The position numbers and the translations under genes are program-made. From assembly GCF_001194135.2 (NCBI RefSeq), contig NC_068984.1:55418411-55463760 (forward strand): a stretch of DNA of 45,350 nucleotides, written 5' to 3'. This document shows, piece by piece, positions 1 to 11,826 of this stretch. The DNA comes from Octopus bimaculoides (lineage: Eukaryota). Position 1 is the stretch's first letter, and every line of letters begins with the position of its first letter. Below the pieces are notes generated by a model. It had not been told where the DNA came from and searched no databases. It saw only the letters and a list, made by a program, of their open reading frames with translations.

Positions 1-24
1 ATATGCATATACTCATTTACTTTT

Positions 25-27
<3 letters not shown>

Positions 28-61
<34 letters not shown>

Positions 62-70
62 AGAGATACG

Positions 71-157
<87 letters not shown>
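28..157. repeat. (TA)n followed by (GATA)n microsatellite
   Basis: Directly visible tandem TA, then ~22 GATA units. Confidence 0.95.
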
Positions 158-158
<1 letters not shown>

Positions 159-682
159 GGTACTTGTACGTATACACATACATATATACCTCTTTTTAAA
201 CCTTACTGTCTATCAAAGATAAAGCATCCACCAGCCTCACCAACTCCAATACAATCTCCGTTATGACCATCCACCAACTTCTTAACAGACGCCAAGAGCT
301 GCAACAATCATATAAACACAAGCATCTTATCTAATATAAATGATATTAATATGAGCTAATGTAGTATCCATGTGTATTTTAAAAATTGAATTAAATGTCT
401 TTGATTTTATGTCAATGGGGATTGACTTGAGACTAAACGACAAAGGCAATACATTGAACAAGAACAAGACCACCAATGTCATCAAAACTACGTCGCCATC
501 AATCGCGCTCATCACCAGCACCAAAACCAAAACCAGCCCAAGGAATACTGTCACCACTTCCAATCCTCCAGCTTTTAAGTAATTAAGTGTTAACAAAAAT
601 AATCTCATCCACATGATAGCAACACCTGTATTAATATATGTTGTATATCAACACAACGGAGTATTTCTGTGTGACAGCAAGA

Positions 683-686
683 AAGA

Positions 687-726
<40 letters not shown>

Positions 727-735
727 CAGACAGAC

Positions 736-771
<36 letters not shown>

Positions 772-785
772 TGACTGACTGACTG
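683..785. repeat. Compound (AG)n/(AGAC)n/(TGAC)n microsatellite
   Basis: Directly visible. Confidence 0.9.
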
Positions 786-929
786 AAAGATGAAGATAGG
801 GTGGGAGATGAAGAGAGGATGAGAATGGAATTAAGAGTCTTTATGACTCAAGTGGGAGATATAAGTACGAAGTGCTCATGAACTTGGTATTCCTATAACT
901 AACTGTCATTTCCTTCTACGTCACATCTT

Positions 930-1425
930 AAGTCCTTTTCCCCGAATACAAAAGGGACTTGCACACCAGAGCAGATATACAATATTGACGAAACTGTTCA
1001 TTTCTGGCTGTTCATGCCAACTGAGCGTTTGTTTCTCGAGAAGGAAATGACACCGGTATTTAACGATTCTAAAAATCATCCGACGCTTCTTCACGAAGAA
1101 AACACAGACGGTGATATGAAATTAAAGTCCTTACCCATTCATCTTTACAAAATTCAATGGCTTTCAAGTTTTACGCAGGGTTTTATTTACACAAATTTCT
1201 ATTCGGTGATCAAGTAAGAAGGCATGGCTGACTAGGGATGTTTTCGAAGAATGGTTTTAAAACATTTGTGGTCTGCTGTAGATATATAACGTCTATAAGA
1301 GTATTGTTTATTTTAGACAATGCACCTAATCACCAAGTTACATGAATTTTCTGATGATGTAACAGTACGATATCTCCAAGAATACAACTCTTTGTTGCAA
1401 TTATCAGAAAACTTTCGAACAACAT
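930..1425 (+). mobile_element. Decayed pogo/Tigger-family (DDE_1) transposase fragment
   Basis: Translation across frameshifts gives ordered Tigger motifs: TPEQIYNIDET (963-995, first catalytic D), MPTERLF...GDMKLK, SKKAWLTRDVFEEWF (1213-1257), VLFILDNAPNH (1301-1333, second D) and a frameshifted NTTSLLQ (1381-1400). No TIRs were found. Confidence 0.8.
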
Positions 1426-2631
1426 GTGAAATCAGATCGCAGAGATGATACATACGCATATATTGATGATAAATATATGTGAGTATATGTATGCGTGTGT
1501 GTGTTTGTCTATGTGTGTGTGAGTGTGTCTGTGTGTCTGTATGCCTATGTGTGTGTGTGTGTCCATGTGAATGCGTGCGTGTATTCATACACACACATAC
1601 ACACACGTATATATCGATAAACTGATAGAGAGATAGATATCTATATACGTAGATTTTGACATCGAGAGAGAAATAGAGTAAAGTACGTGTGTATAAATTC
1701 ACAGAAATATGAATATCTGCGCATGTGAATATGCGTGCGTGTGCGTGGGTCTCTGTATGAGCGTAATCCGCTTTAATGCCTCTTATATATGCTGCATGAT
1801 ATAAAAATATATAGCTATCAAGTCTTTCTATAAACGTTGAAAATAAATATTCTATTGATAACGCAAATCATGCGAAATACTCTAATTACTTCTATTACTG
1901 TTCAAGTCTGTGTCTGGCTTTCCTTTGAAGTATTGCAAATGAATATATTTGTTAGTGTATAGCTATAGTTTTATTGCGACCAAATAGCGTGCTTCTTCTG
2001 TATTAATAATTCCTGTTACTATGAAATGCTTAGCTGTAAATATATTTTAAACATGTTTGTGGAATTGTTTCTAAATCTGTACCTTTATATAAGAAAGAAA
2101 CTGGATTTAATAAGTTTATAGATTCCGTACTATGTTTCCCATTGTATATAGACTCAGAATATTACTTCTGGAACTATGAATCTATTGCTGCTGTTTCGTA
2201 CATATTTGTAATAGTTCTGTCGATGATAGCAAAATGTGTTCGCGTTTCAAGAAAATCGCGATACATTTTAATCCAGTATTGATAAGATCATGAAGAAAGC
2301 TTGCTAATGTATTTAAATACGATCCTTATCTTAGTGGAACCATTATATCAAATATAAATGGTGCAGCGATGATCAGTAATTTTATGATCGCTGCTAACAA
2401 AGAGGACAAATTAAGTCCATGATTGATTAGTTTTCTACTCATAAATAATTTTTTTTTCTTATGCTAATTAAATGAAACTAATCTGGTTTAATATATTTTA
2501 TTCATACTTATTGATTGGGGTTTTAGTATCTTTTAGGGTCATATTTCCGACAAATCGTTATGTCTTTAACATAATTATTTGGCTATTTGTTGTTGACGTA
2601 TGTGGTATGTTCTTACCATACTGCCCTTTAG

Positions 2632-2727
2632 ATGAGAGTCGCACACTACTGCACAATACTGCAGAAGGGAAACATTACTTCAACATATGCCATTCCTATT
2701 ACTTCTGTAGCACCCAGTCACAAATAT
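2632..2727 (+). CDS. Candidate internal exon (96 nt), product unknown
   Basis: ctgccctttAG acceptor and GTAAGC donor. Length is divisible by 3 and it is open in phase 1 (DESRTLLHNTAEGKHYFNICHSYYFCSTQSQI) and phase 0 (MRVAHYCTILQKGNITSTYAIPITSVAPSHKY). No homology recognised. Confidence 0.25.
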
Positions 2728-3038
2728 GTAAGCTATAGCTATTCCGACATTTCTATTGGTTAAAACAATACATGCACCGAAGTATACTTATACAATTCAT
2801 ACCAGCCCCGACTGTCTGATTTTATTTCAATGGATTTCCCTAATTCTAAGACTGCAGGGTTTGATTTGAATTATATACGCATGAAGTATATACGCGAAGC
2901 ATTGATGTGAAATAGACGAACCTTAAGTTTAGTTCAAACATGTTTGGAGCATCTTTCATCTGTAAAATGCCATTTTCAATTTAGGCAAAAGTGGAAGACA
3001 CCCAAGTAATTTCAAATGGCTCCTTGTGGACTGGTAAA

Positions 3039-3425
3039 TTGTTGTTGTTGGCACTCCGTCGCTTACGACGTTGAGGGTTCCAGTTGATCCGATCAACGGA
3101 ACAGCCTACTCGTGAAATTAATGTGCAAGTGGCTGAGCACTCCACACACACGTGTACCCTTAACGTAGTTCTCGGGGATATTCAGCGTGACACAGTGTGA
3201 CAAGGCTGACCCTTTCAATTACAGGCACAACAGAAACAGGGAGAAAGAGTGAGAGAAAGTTGTGGTGAAAGAGTACAGCAGGGTTCGCCACCATCCCCTG
3301 CCGGAGCCCCGTGCAGCTTCAGGTGTTTTCGCTCAATAAACACTCACAACGCCCGGTCTGGGAATCGAAACCGCGATCCTACGACCGCGAGTCCGCTGCC
3401 CTAACCACTGGGTATTGCGCCTCCA
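3039..3425 (-). mobile_element. Full-length tRNA-derived SINE with (AAC)n tail and 12-bp TSD
   Basis: Minus-strand head TGGAGGCGCAATACCCAGTGGTTAGGGCAGCGG...GGTTTCGATTCCC has Pol III A/B-box-like motifs, and the tail is (CAA)n. Flanking direct repeat tggactggtaaa (3027-3038) / cggactggtata (3426-3437). Resembles octopus tRNA-derived SINEs (from memory). Confidence 0.85.
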
Positions 3426-3871
3426 CGGACTGGTATATATAGAACGGTATAAAGCCAATTAAGCCTTCAGCAGTATTAGATACTAAGTGAACAAATAAAA
3501 AATTACTGCCAGTCTTGGCTTCATTATAGGAGTCCAGCAGAAATCAATGTCAAAGCAACGGCTGTAGCAGCAAGGCCAGTACAAAGTACAAGATTGGCAC
3601 ATGATGCAGTGACGTGAAATAAACAAAATTTTATATCAGTTCAGATACGTTTGGGACATATTTGACCAGTAACAAGGTCATTTTCACCGTGTCTCGACAT
3701 TGGAGATTACGTTAACATGTGATGCCGGCTTCGTTCTGTCGTTCGCTCGACTGAGACGACAACGGATCCGGCGCCTTTTCTTGAAGCTTTTGACCGCTTC
3801 TTAGGAGCGACTCTTTAGGAACGACTATGTGTGTGTGTGTGTGTGCGTGTGTGTGTGTGTGTGTGTATGTG

Positions 3872-4203
3872 NNNNNNNNNNNNNNNNNNNNNNNNNNNNN
3901 NNNNNNNNNNNNNNNNNNNNNNNNNNNNNNNNNNNNNNNNNNNNNNNNNNNNNNNNNNNNNNNNNNNNNNNNNNNNNNNNNNNNNNNNNNNNNNNNNNNN
4001 NNNNNNNNNNNNNNNNNNNNNNNNNNNNNNNNNNNNNNNNNNNNNNNNNNNNNNNNNNNNNNNNNNNNNNNNNNNNNNNNNNNNNNNNNNNNNNNNNNNN
4101 NNNNNNNNNNNNNNNNNNNNNNNNNNNNNNNNNNNNNNNNNNNNNNNNNNNNNNNNNNNNNNNNNNNNNNNNNNNNNNNNNNNNNNNNNNNNNNNNNNNN
4201 NNN
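3872..4203. other. Assembly gap flanked by (TG)n microsatellite
   Basis: Run of N. Confidence 0.99.
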
Positions 4204-6191
4204 GTGGGTGTGTGGGTGTGAGTGTGTGGGTGTGGGTCTGTGTGTGGGTGTGGGTCCGTGTGTGTGTGCGCGTGTGTAGCCTTATACGACTTTTTATGAG
4301 TGGGGTTAAAAGCCCAATACAAAGTGTGGAAAAGGGGAACTATAAATCAAAATATGTGCAAATGTAAAAAGTTCCTTGTTATATAGTCCAAACAGGAGCT
4401 GGATCCATTTTCAGCAGTTTGGAAATCATCAAACATTTCGGTGCTGTTCAACCTCAGGCTGGCCCTGATTAGATAAACCTATGACAAAAACCAATGAACT
4501 TCACCAATTTTACAAGTATACTATTTTACATGAGTATATTATCCAGTATTTAAATCCAGCATAATGACAGTAACATGATGTTCAATGGGCATTTTAGTTG
4601 CTATTTCTAATATATCAAGCAATTACGTAGAGAATCCTTCATTCGTTTATGTATGTTGCATTAAATATAAACGTGGAGTTGTGTGATGCCTCAGTAATTT
4701 GACATTTGTAATCTTCATTACTTTCTTTTGCTTTAACGAAAGACTGACTTGAATCTGCAACGTGCATATAAGATTTGATAACTAGCAAAATATCTGCAAA
4801 CTTAATATCCTATGCATTTTTATCAGCGAAGAAAATTAACAGATAAAAATATAGACAGTAGATTAATATTCTAGTTAATTGCAAATTACATGCATGCTAT
4901 ATATTGCTTCAAAAGATTATTTTAGGTGAATATAAATTAAGAGAGTTTTATGAAAATATTTTATTAATTTCAGTTTTCTATGGGACAGACTGTCCTCAGA
5001 AACACATTTATAAATATTGAAGTTATAATTTCACTACATTCGCATCAATAAATACTTCTTATTCGATATATACGGCGTTGTTGTTTAACGCGACTGTACC
5101 CTGCTTTCAGTAGACATTATCAAATGCATTATCATTGTGACTATTCTCATATTTATTTGTGTATTTAGAGCGACATTATTCAGTACGTTCTTTCTGTTTT
5201 TTAGAATATGTGTTATTTTAGCGGCATAGGGTACCGTTCCTAACAGATCAATGACCCTATATATATATATATATATTCATTTGTTGGTTCGGCGTCACCA
5301 AAGGACGACAAAGGCCTTGTTTTTAACCTTTCTTTTGTAATGGTGACGCATTTCCAAACTTTTAACGTGCAATGCTGTTATTAACTCATGTCAGGAATTA
5401 TGGTAAAAAGCATTACACAGGTGACATTTGAATCACCTCTTAAACAATAAAATCGCGAGTTATTGAAAATTTTCCATCAGTGATAAAACTGAAATTGAAT
5501 AACGTAAGACCATGTATGACGTGAAAATAAAAATTACATACAGCTCTGACCTAATGTTTACATTATATATATAATGTCGGAAATCGTCCAACACTGTTAC
5601 TGGGAAAATGGAAATAGGATTTCAGATTGACATAAGATTTTCTGTATATACACACTCAGGGATGATAAAGCACCTGTAAAAAAAAAAGATGGTAGATGCT
5701 ATATAAAGCTTTAGAATAAATTTACTTTAGAATCTAAGCGCTGTCAAAATGGAAAGCTACTTTGGAACGAAGTTTGCAGTATATACAAAGTCACGAATAA
5801 AAGAACAAGAATATTTTGAAAATAGAAATGATAAATAACTTTCGAATAACTATGTCAGCAGATACAAGGTGAAAATGATAAACAAATTGGAAATTATATA
5901 CCACTTTGAGAATGAAGCTTCCAGAATATTCAAATAAGTAGAGGGAGGTTTACGATAACTGAAATATTGAAACTACTGTTGCGTTCAGGTTAATATACCG
6001 ATTCTGTCATACAGGTTTGAATTACAGAGTTGCGGTCATCCTTAGACACCACTTTAAAATGATCAATCGAAAATCTCATTACCAGTACATATTCTTTAAA
6101 GTGTGGAACTTGTTATATCGGTCTCCTTTGCTGGAATGCTAGCTTACAGAAAGTAAACCAAATCAACACAAGTGGTCAATGCGGGGGGCAC

Positions 6192-6310
<119 letters not shown>

Positions 6311-6451
6311 CTTTATTTAAAAGCAGCAGAAATATAACAAAAAACCGTTACTCTGAGTTTCACGTTCCCGTTCATCGGACAGTTTTTGAACGGGAACGTG
6401 AAACTCAGAGTAACGTTTTTTTTGTTATATTTCTGCTGCTTTTAAATAAAG
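6311..6451. mobile_element. Palindromic MITE-like element (fold-back, ~64-bp arms, 12-nt spacer)
   Basis: ctttatttaaaagcagcagaaatataacaaaaaaccgttactctgagtttcacgttcccgttca is near-perfectly complementary to tgaacgggaacgtgaaactcagagtaacgttttttttgttatatttctgctgcttttaaataaag. It sits at the end of a TA run. Confidence 0.8.
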
Positions 6452-6544
6452 CATATTACTCTACCTCTGGTATTTGAGTACTCTTTTTTCCACCTTGTTG
6501 CACATTTCATGTGCTTACCCCGGTATATATATATATATAAATAT

Positions 6545-6660
6545 ATTTCACACAGTTTCTATCTACCAAGGTTACTCATAGGGTATTGGTAGCCATGCAG
6601 TGAGGTTAAACCTGAAACGATATGGTTGCGAAGTGAGCTTCTTAATCAGATATCCATATG
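6545..6660 (-). mobile_element. Degenerate, internally deleted SINE fragment (same family as 7261-7430)
   Basis: Reverse complement resembles the head (aagaagctcacttcgcaaccatatcgtttcaggttta) and the downstream body of the 7261 copy. Confidence 0.5.
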
Positions 6661-6699
6661 ATTGTGTTATTTATGCTATTGTCAAACGGGAGCATAAAG

Positions 6700-6860
6700 G
6701 CACGAAGTCTAATGGTTGAGGTGTTCGCCAGATGGTCATTAGGTCATGAGTTCAATTCAGAACCGAGTGGAAGTTTGCGTCGATGAGCAAGACAGTTTTT
6801 TCAAGTTGCTGCAATCAATTCATGTCAGATATGGAGCGTGCGCTGTTATAGCGAGTCACT
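6700..6860 (+). mobile_element. Degenerate tRNA-derived SINE head
   Basis: A-box-like gtctaatggttgagg, B-box-like gagttcaattc, then gagcaagac and gttgctgcaatcaattca, similar to other tRNA-SINE heads. Confidence 0.4.
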
Positions 6861-7260
6861 CCATCCACTATTTGTCGGTGATTCTATATACTCCTTGCGG
6901 ATAACATCTTTCTAAATCTCAGGCGACAAAATTCCAGCCCATAATTCTGTTTCGACTGTCCTTGATGGTGATAATTTTACGCAATCAGAGTGCAACTCCT
7001 ACTCAACCCCTTTTACTTGCCTTTTAAGACACGCATAAGAATTGTTGGGTCTATTCTTTGACATGCCAGCCCCCCACACAGCCCAAACTATAGAGCAGCA
7101 GAATTTTGATGCTGCTCTCTCGCTTTGTCTCCCTCCAGCTATTACATCTTGTATGTGTCAGTGGGCAAAGGGTTGGAGGAATCGAGAAGGTGTCTGTGCC
7201 ATCTTTTGACTATATAAGCATTAAAAATGCCAGTGAAAGCATGGCACGTATACACATAGG

Positions 7261-7430
7261 CACGGGCGTGGCTGTGCGGTAAGAAGCTTGATTCTCAACC
7301 ATATGACTCCAGGTTCAGTCCTACTGCGTAGAATATTGGGCAGGTATTTTCTTCTATAGCCTCAGGCTGACCAAAGCCTTGTTAGTGAATTTGGGAGACG
7401 GAAGCTGAAAGAAGGCCTTCGTACATACAT
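7261..7430 (+). mobile_element. tRNA-derived SINE 5' portion
   Basis: cacgggcgtggctgtgcggtaagaagcttg...caggttcagtcc...gaccaaagccttg...gacggaagctgaaagaag. A/B-box-like motifs; fragments of the same family occur at ~6600, 10320 and 14165. Confidence 0.75.
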
Positions 7431-7440
7431 AAATATATGG

Positions 7441-7668
7441 GGGGGGGGCGTGTATGTGCTTGTCCCTACTCATTGCTTGAAAACCGGTGTTTGTATGTTT
7501 ACGTCTCCATAAATAGTGATTCGGCGAAAGAGACCGATAGAATAAGTACTAGGTTTAGAAATAATAAGTCCTGGGGTCGAATTGTTCGACTAAAAATCCT
7601 TCGAGGCAGTACTCCAGCATGGCCGCAGTCAATGACTGAAACAAATAAAAGAATAAAAAGATAAAAGA
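7441..7668 (+). mobile_element. SINE-associated 3' repeat module
   Basis: aaccggtgtttg...ttcggcgaaagagaccgatagaataagtact...ggggtcga...ccagcatggccgcagtcaatgactgaaacaaataaaagaataaaa. Homologous in-window copies at 10705-10910, 13765-13985 and 40330-40520. Confidence 0.75.
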
Positions 7669-8171
7669 ACTCACAAATCATGGGTGATTCTTTTAAAATC
7701 ACAGTAGAAACGACAGTGCCTATAACCATGTCCAGGCTCTCCAAACAAATATTCACCCCAGACTGTAAATGGCCTGACTATTTGAAGTAAACGGAACTGA
7801 CAACTCAACATTCAAATACCAGGTGGTGGTGTTAAACCGGTTAACAGTTAATTTACCGTCCAAGAACAGGACCAACTGTTTAGAGAGTCTGCTAAACAGT
7901 TTCCAACTACCAACCACCAAAGGCTTTGGTTGACTCGTATTATGGAAGAAGGCACAGGGGGTTTGATCAGGAAACTATGTATAACCGAATGGAATTCTTA
8001 ACCATTCAACTACATTTGCGTTCATTATGACTGCAAAAGAAGAAACCTCATGTAAAGAGTGGGTATTTCTTATCATGTCTGTTGAATAGTGGATAAGAGT
8101 GTTGCAGTTTTGCACATGAGGTATGTACATGTTTCTAATGTGCACTAATTCGCTCGTAACTGTTTTATATA

Positions 8172-8250
8172 ATCCTTTCTAGTATAGACACAAGGCCTGA
8201 AATTTGGGAGAAGGGGATAGTTGATTACACCGACTGGCACTTAATTTATC
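8172..8250 (-). mobile_element. 3' fragment of the SINE family seen at 10420-10624
   Basis: tagacacaaggcctgaaatttgggagaagggg...ctggcacttaatttatcgtccccgaaa matches the 10420 copy. Confidence 0.65.
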
Positions 8251-10344
8251 GTCCCCGAAATTATCAACTGTTTTATATAATAATAAAGAGTAATAAGAAG
8301 TTAACAGACAATATATTTGTTTTTTTTTGTTTTTTATTTTTATCATTACAAATATAAATCCATAGTTTTATATGAATGAGGGTTAGTAACGATTTAGAAC
8401 TTCAGAGATTTTTGTGTAGCGTAATTTTCCTTTAAGAGTTTCTATTTTTTAGAATTTTACAGGTGTTAGCGTCTGTTTGACCCCCAACATCACAAGTTGC
8501 TGTTTTTACTCGCTATTCATTAACATCGAATGCAAATTTCAAATCACAAACTGATGCCTGAGATAATTAAATCTACTCTACTTCATTATATTTTTTTAAT
8601 GTTTTGCAGAATGAAGCGTGCATACAAAATTGGCTTTGCAAATAAATTCTCCTTCAAGTAATAATGTTAATTATATTTGAATATGATCATTTAATTACCC
8701 TTTGCATGCAAAAAAAAAAAAAAAAAATTATACTGTTTGAAGAATTCTGTGGTAAAAAAAAATCGGAGGCGGATAACTTGAAAAGTAGCGTCATGTGCTG
8801 TAAAGACATGCTATCTTTATTTCATAACAATATGGGATCCAAACAATGGCCAGGTAACTAACTTGCTCGTCTGTATTATTTATGTATTCATGTGCGTGTT
8901 TGTGTGAGTACGCGTGTCTTTATATAGTTCTGCACATAACTAATTTTAAACATTAAGAACGCAAAAACATTCAGTTATGCAACTCATCATCACGATTTCC
9001 TACTTAGTAAATATTTACTCCTACATACTATATATCTTTATACTGAAAAATATTACCTGCAAATTTGATGCCAGATTTGAAAAGATTCCCTTCAATATTT
9101 TGTTTTACTTTATGTACCCAATAGTTGGGAACGTCGTTTACATAATCTATATTGGCTATATTACGTAATTGGCAGTCGAGAGTTTTAAAATAGTAGCATT
9201 GATGTTTTATAAGAAACGCAACACATAATGCAGTCTAGCTTTTCATCATATATGTCGAAGCGGAAATGAGAGAGATTTTAAGTATATCTATAACAATGAA
9301 TATATTTAAGTCTGAAAAATGTGCATATTTAGAAAAATAGATCATTGGTATTGTCACATTGCCGAAGTTATATAAATGATATAGACATTGAGCTAATGCT
9401 GTGTTTTCCTCATAGGGTAAGGATTTTAGGAATTTCTAATTAACATGTTCATGTTCACAACAGCATATATGTTAACATTGGAACTACCTAAACTGTGGAA
9501 CTACCTAAACAGCAATATAATAAGGTGCATTGAAAAGCAGCTGTTTCACATTAAGAATATCTGCAATAGAATCTAAGGAAACATGATAAAACTTGCATTT
9601 ATTCACTTCATAGGTGGTGTGATCTAGTGAACCGGATCCATTAATATAGTTGCATTTCTCATATGGTGTTGAAGGGTGATAAGATTTATGCTTCCTTTAT
9701 TTGTTTACATGAATATTTATATAATCTGTCAGGAAAGAGTTAATCTTCGTCAGGAATCCTAATAACATGAAATAATTTTCGATTATAAGGAAAGCCATTT
9801 ATGTCCTTATTACCAGCAAGCGAAAGGCAGCGTTTTGCTAAACATTTCAAAGCAATATGCCAAAAACCAGATGCAATGGTGCGCTTAAAAGTATTAGCAG
9901 ACTAAATAGGAATATTAATTCTTATACAGAACATTCCGAGTCAAGAAATGTATAATGTTTCTAAGTACTAAACTGTTTCGAGGATACTAATAACAAAAAC
10001 ATGTCAAAGCAAATGTCCGCAAACTATTTTATCGAAATATAACGAATTTTAAGGACTACATATAAATTGAAATATCAATACATATATAGATCAGCTAGCA
10101 GGCGGACTAGACACAAATCAGTTCTTAACAGGATGACACACTATTGTCCATCATTAAATAACAGGCTTATTTTACACAATCAATGACATGTATTTACTAA
10201 CGATCATTGCGAATATCGTGCAAACTGTAAATTACAAGCATATTAAGAGAATTGCATTGTGGTGTCATAATAATACAGTTTAAATACAGTCACACGGAAG
10301 ATTTCTCATAATATCCCGGAACCATGTGGTTGGTAAGCAAGCTA

Positions 10345-10345
<1 letters not shown>

Positions 10346-10399
<54 letters not shown>
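10346..10399. repeat. (TG)n microsatellite
   Basis: Directly visible. Confidence 0.95.
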
Positions 10400-10401
<2 letters not shown>

Positions 10402-10419
10402 TTATGCATGTATATATAC

Positions 10420-10624
10420 TTTTTTCTCTAGGCACAAGGCCCGAAATTTTGGGGGAGGGCTAAAGTCGGTTAGCTTGACCCCAGTGCGTAACTGGTGCTT
10501 AATTTATCGACACCGAAAGCATGAAAGCAAAGTCGACCTCGGCGGAATTTGAACTCAGACGTAAAGACAGACGAAATACCGCTAAGCATTTCGCCCGGCG
10601 TGCTAACGTTTATGCCAGCTCACC
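10420..10624 (-). mobile_element. Full-length ~205-bp SINE with 14-bp TSD
   Basis: Minus strand reads gcggtgagctggcataaacgttagcacgccgggcgaaatgcttagcgg...ctgagttcaaattccgccgaggtcgactttgctttcatgctttcggtgtcgataaattaagcaccag. Flanked by gcatgtatatatac at 10406-10419 and 10625-10638 (low complexity). Sister copies at 33055 and 38869. Confidence 0.85.
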
Positions 10625-10639
10625 GCATGTATATATACG

Positions 10640-10701
10640 TATGTATGTATGCATGTAGGTAGGTAGGTAGGTAGGTAGGTAGGTAGGTAGGTTGGTAGGT
10701 A
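10640..10701. repeat. (TATG)n/(TAGG)n microsatellite
   Basis: Directly visible. Confidence 0.9.
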
Positions 10702-10704
10702 GTT

Positions 10705-10910
10705 CCATGTCCTTGTGCATGTGTCCACACTGCATTACAACTGGTGTTGGTTTGTTTATATCTCTATGTTCAGCAAAGAGACCGACGAAACGATTACGAA
10801 ACTTAAAACACAAAAAATACTGGTGTCGAGTTTTTCGATTAAAACTTTCAAGGCAGTGATCCAGCATGGTCGCAGTCCACTGACTGAAACCAGAAAGAGA
10901 ATAAAGAAAT
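10705..10910 (+). mobile_element. Copy of the 7441-7668 repeat module
   Basis: caactggtgttggtttgttta...cagcaaagagaccgac...ccagcatggtcgcagtccactgactgaaacc. Confidence 0.7.
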
Positions 10911-11621
10911 GTAACTGAAAAATTTACTTCTGGAAAATTTTACAAGTGTTATGATTTTTTTTTCTGTCACCATCACATAGAAACAAGGATTTTTGGTGAC
11001 TTCCTTGACTCTCACGAAAACTACAGGCATATACTTACTTTAGAAGTTTCGTGAGAGAATACAATCTTTATTTTTTCGTTGTCTTTCTTCAGGTACGTAT
11101 ACTTTTATAAGACAATATTTTTCATTAGTAGCCAATTTCACGAATATCAAAAAGGAATGAAAATCGAATCGTCCAGAGTACATTATCTCGATAGTTTGCG
11201 AAGCAAAAAGGATATCATGACTTCGACTAAATTGGTACGCAGTGTAGAGAGCTGGAGCAGATACTATAAGTATCCATGTCAACACTCCAACGATTCTACT
11301 AATTTACCGCCTTTAGCTTTGGAATATTATCTAAAGTATACGAGAAACTATTTTCGGTATGCCTTAGATATTAAATCGAATATCTATAGAAAAAAAGATG
11401 AATATTTATTTCTATTGATTTCAAGAGAGTTTGTTAATGAGGTATGGAGACTTGGACGAGTGAAACTACGTATCTTACATCACTGTGTTAATTAGAAGTA
11501 GTTTGAAATAAAACAACTTTTTGGAAAAGGAATAAATTCGCATATTATAATCATCAGGAAGGATGTAACATAAAACATAAGCATAACAGACCTATCGACC
11601 TTTAATAGATTAAAAGACGAT

Positions 11622-11622
11622 A

Positions 11623-11665
<43 letters not shown>

Positions 11666-11826
11666 AAGAAAGAAAGAGAGAGAGAGACAGAAAGAGAGAA
11701 AGAGAGAAAGAGACAGAGAGACAGAGAGAGAGGGAGAGAAAGAGAGGGAGAGAGAGAAAGAGACAGAGAGAGAGTGTGTGTGTATGTGTGTGTGTGTGTA
11801 TGTGTGCGTGTGTGTGTGTGTGTGAG
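11622..11826. repeat. Compound (TG)n-(AG)n-(TG)n microsatellite
   Basis: Directly visible. Confidence 0.9.

Noticed and set aside
327-614. Overlapping ORFs: Thr-rich (+) and hydrophobic Val/Leu-rich (-)
   Set aside because: Both derive from degenerate (ACC/AAC)n low-complexity sequence; no splice or homology support.
3350-3425. tRNA-like cloverleaf with A/B boxes
   Set aside because: It is the head of a SINE (continues into SINE body, has tail and TSD), not a tRNA gene.
3825-4367. Long ORFs spanning N-gaps (also 20507-21630, 22606-23098, 39138-40009, 44431-45124)
   Set aside because: Artefacts of untranslatable N runs and flanking dinucleotide repeats.
8610-8853. Segment bounded by a strong acceptor (gttttgcAG) and donor (CAG|GTAACT)
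   Set aside because: Contains stops in all frames and a long poly-A run; could be UTR or lncRNA but cannot be supported from sequence alone.
9479-9512. 17-bp tandem duplication tggaactacctaaac(t/a)g
   Set aside because: Only two adjacent units with no spacers; an ordinary slippage duplication, not a CRISPR-like array.
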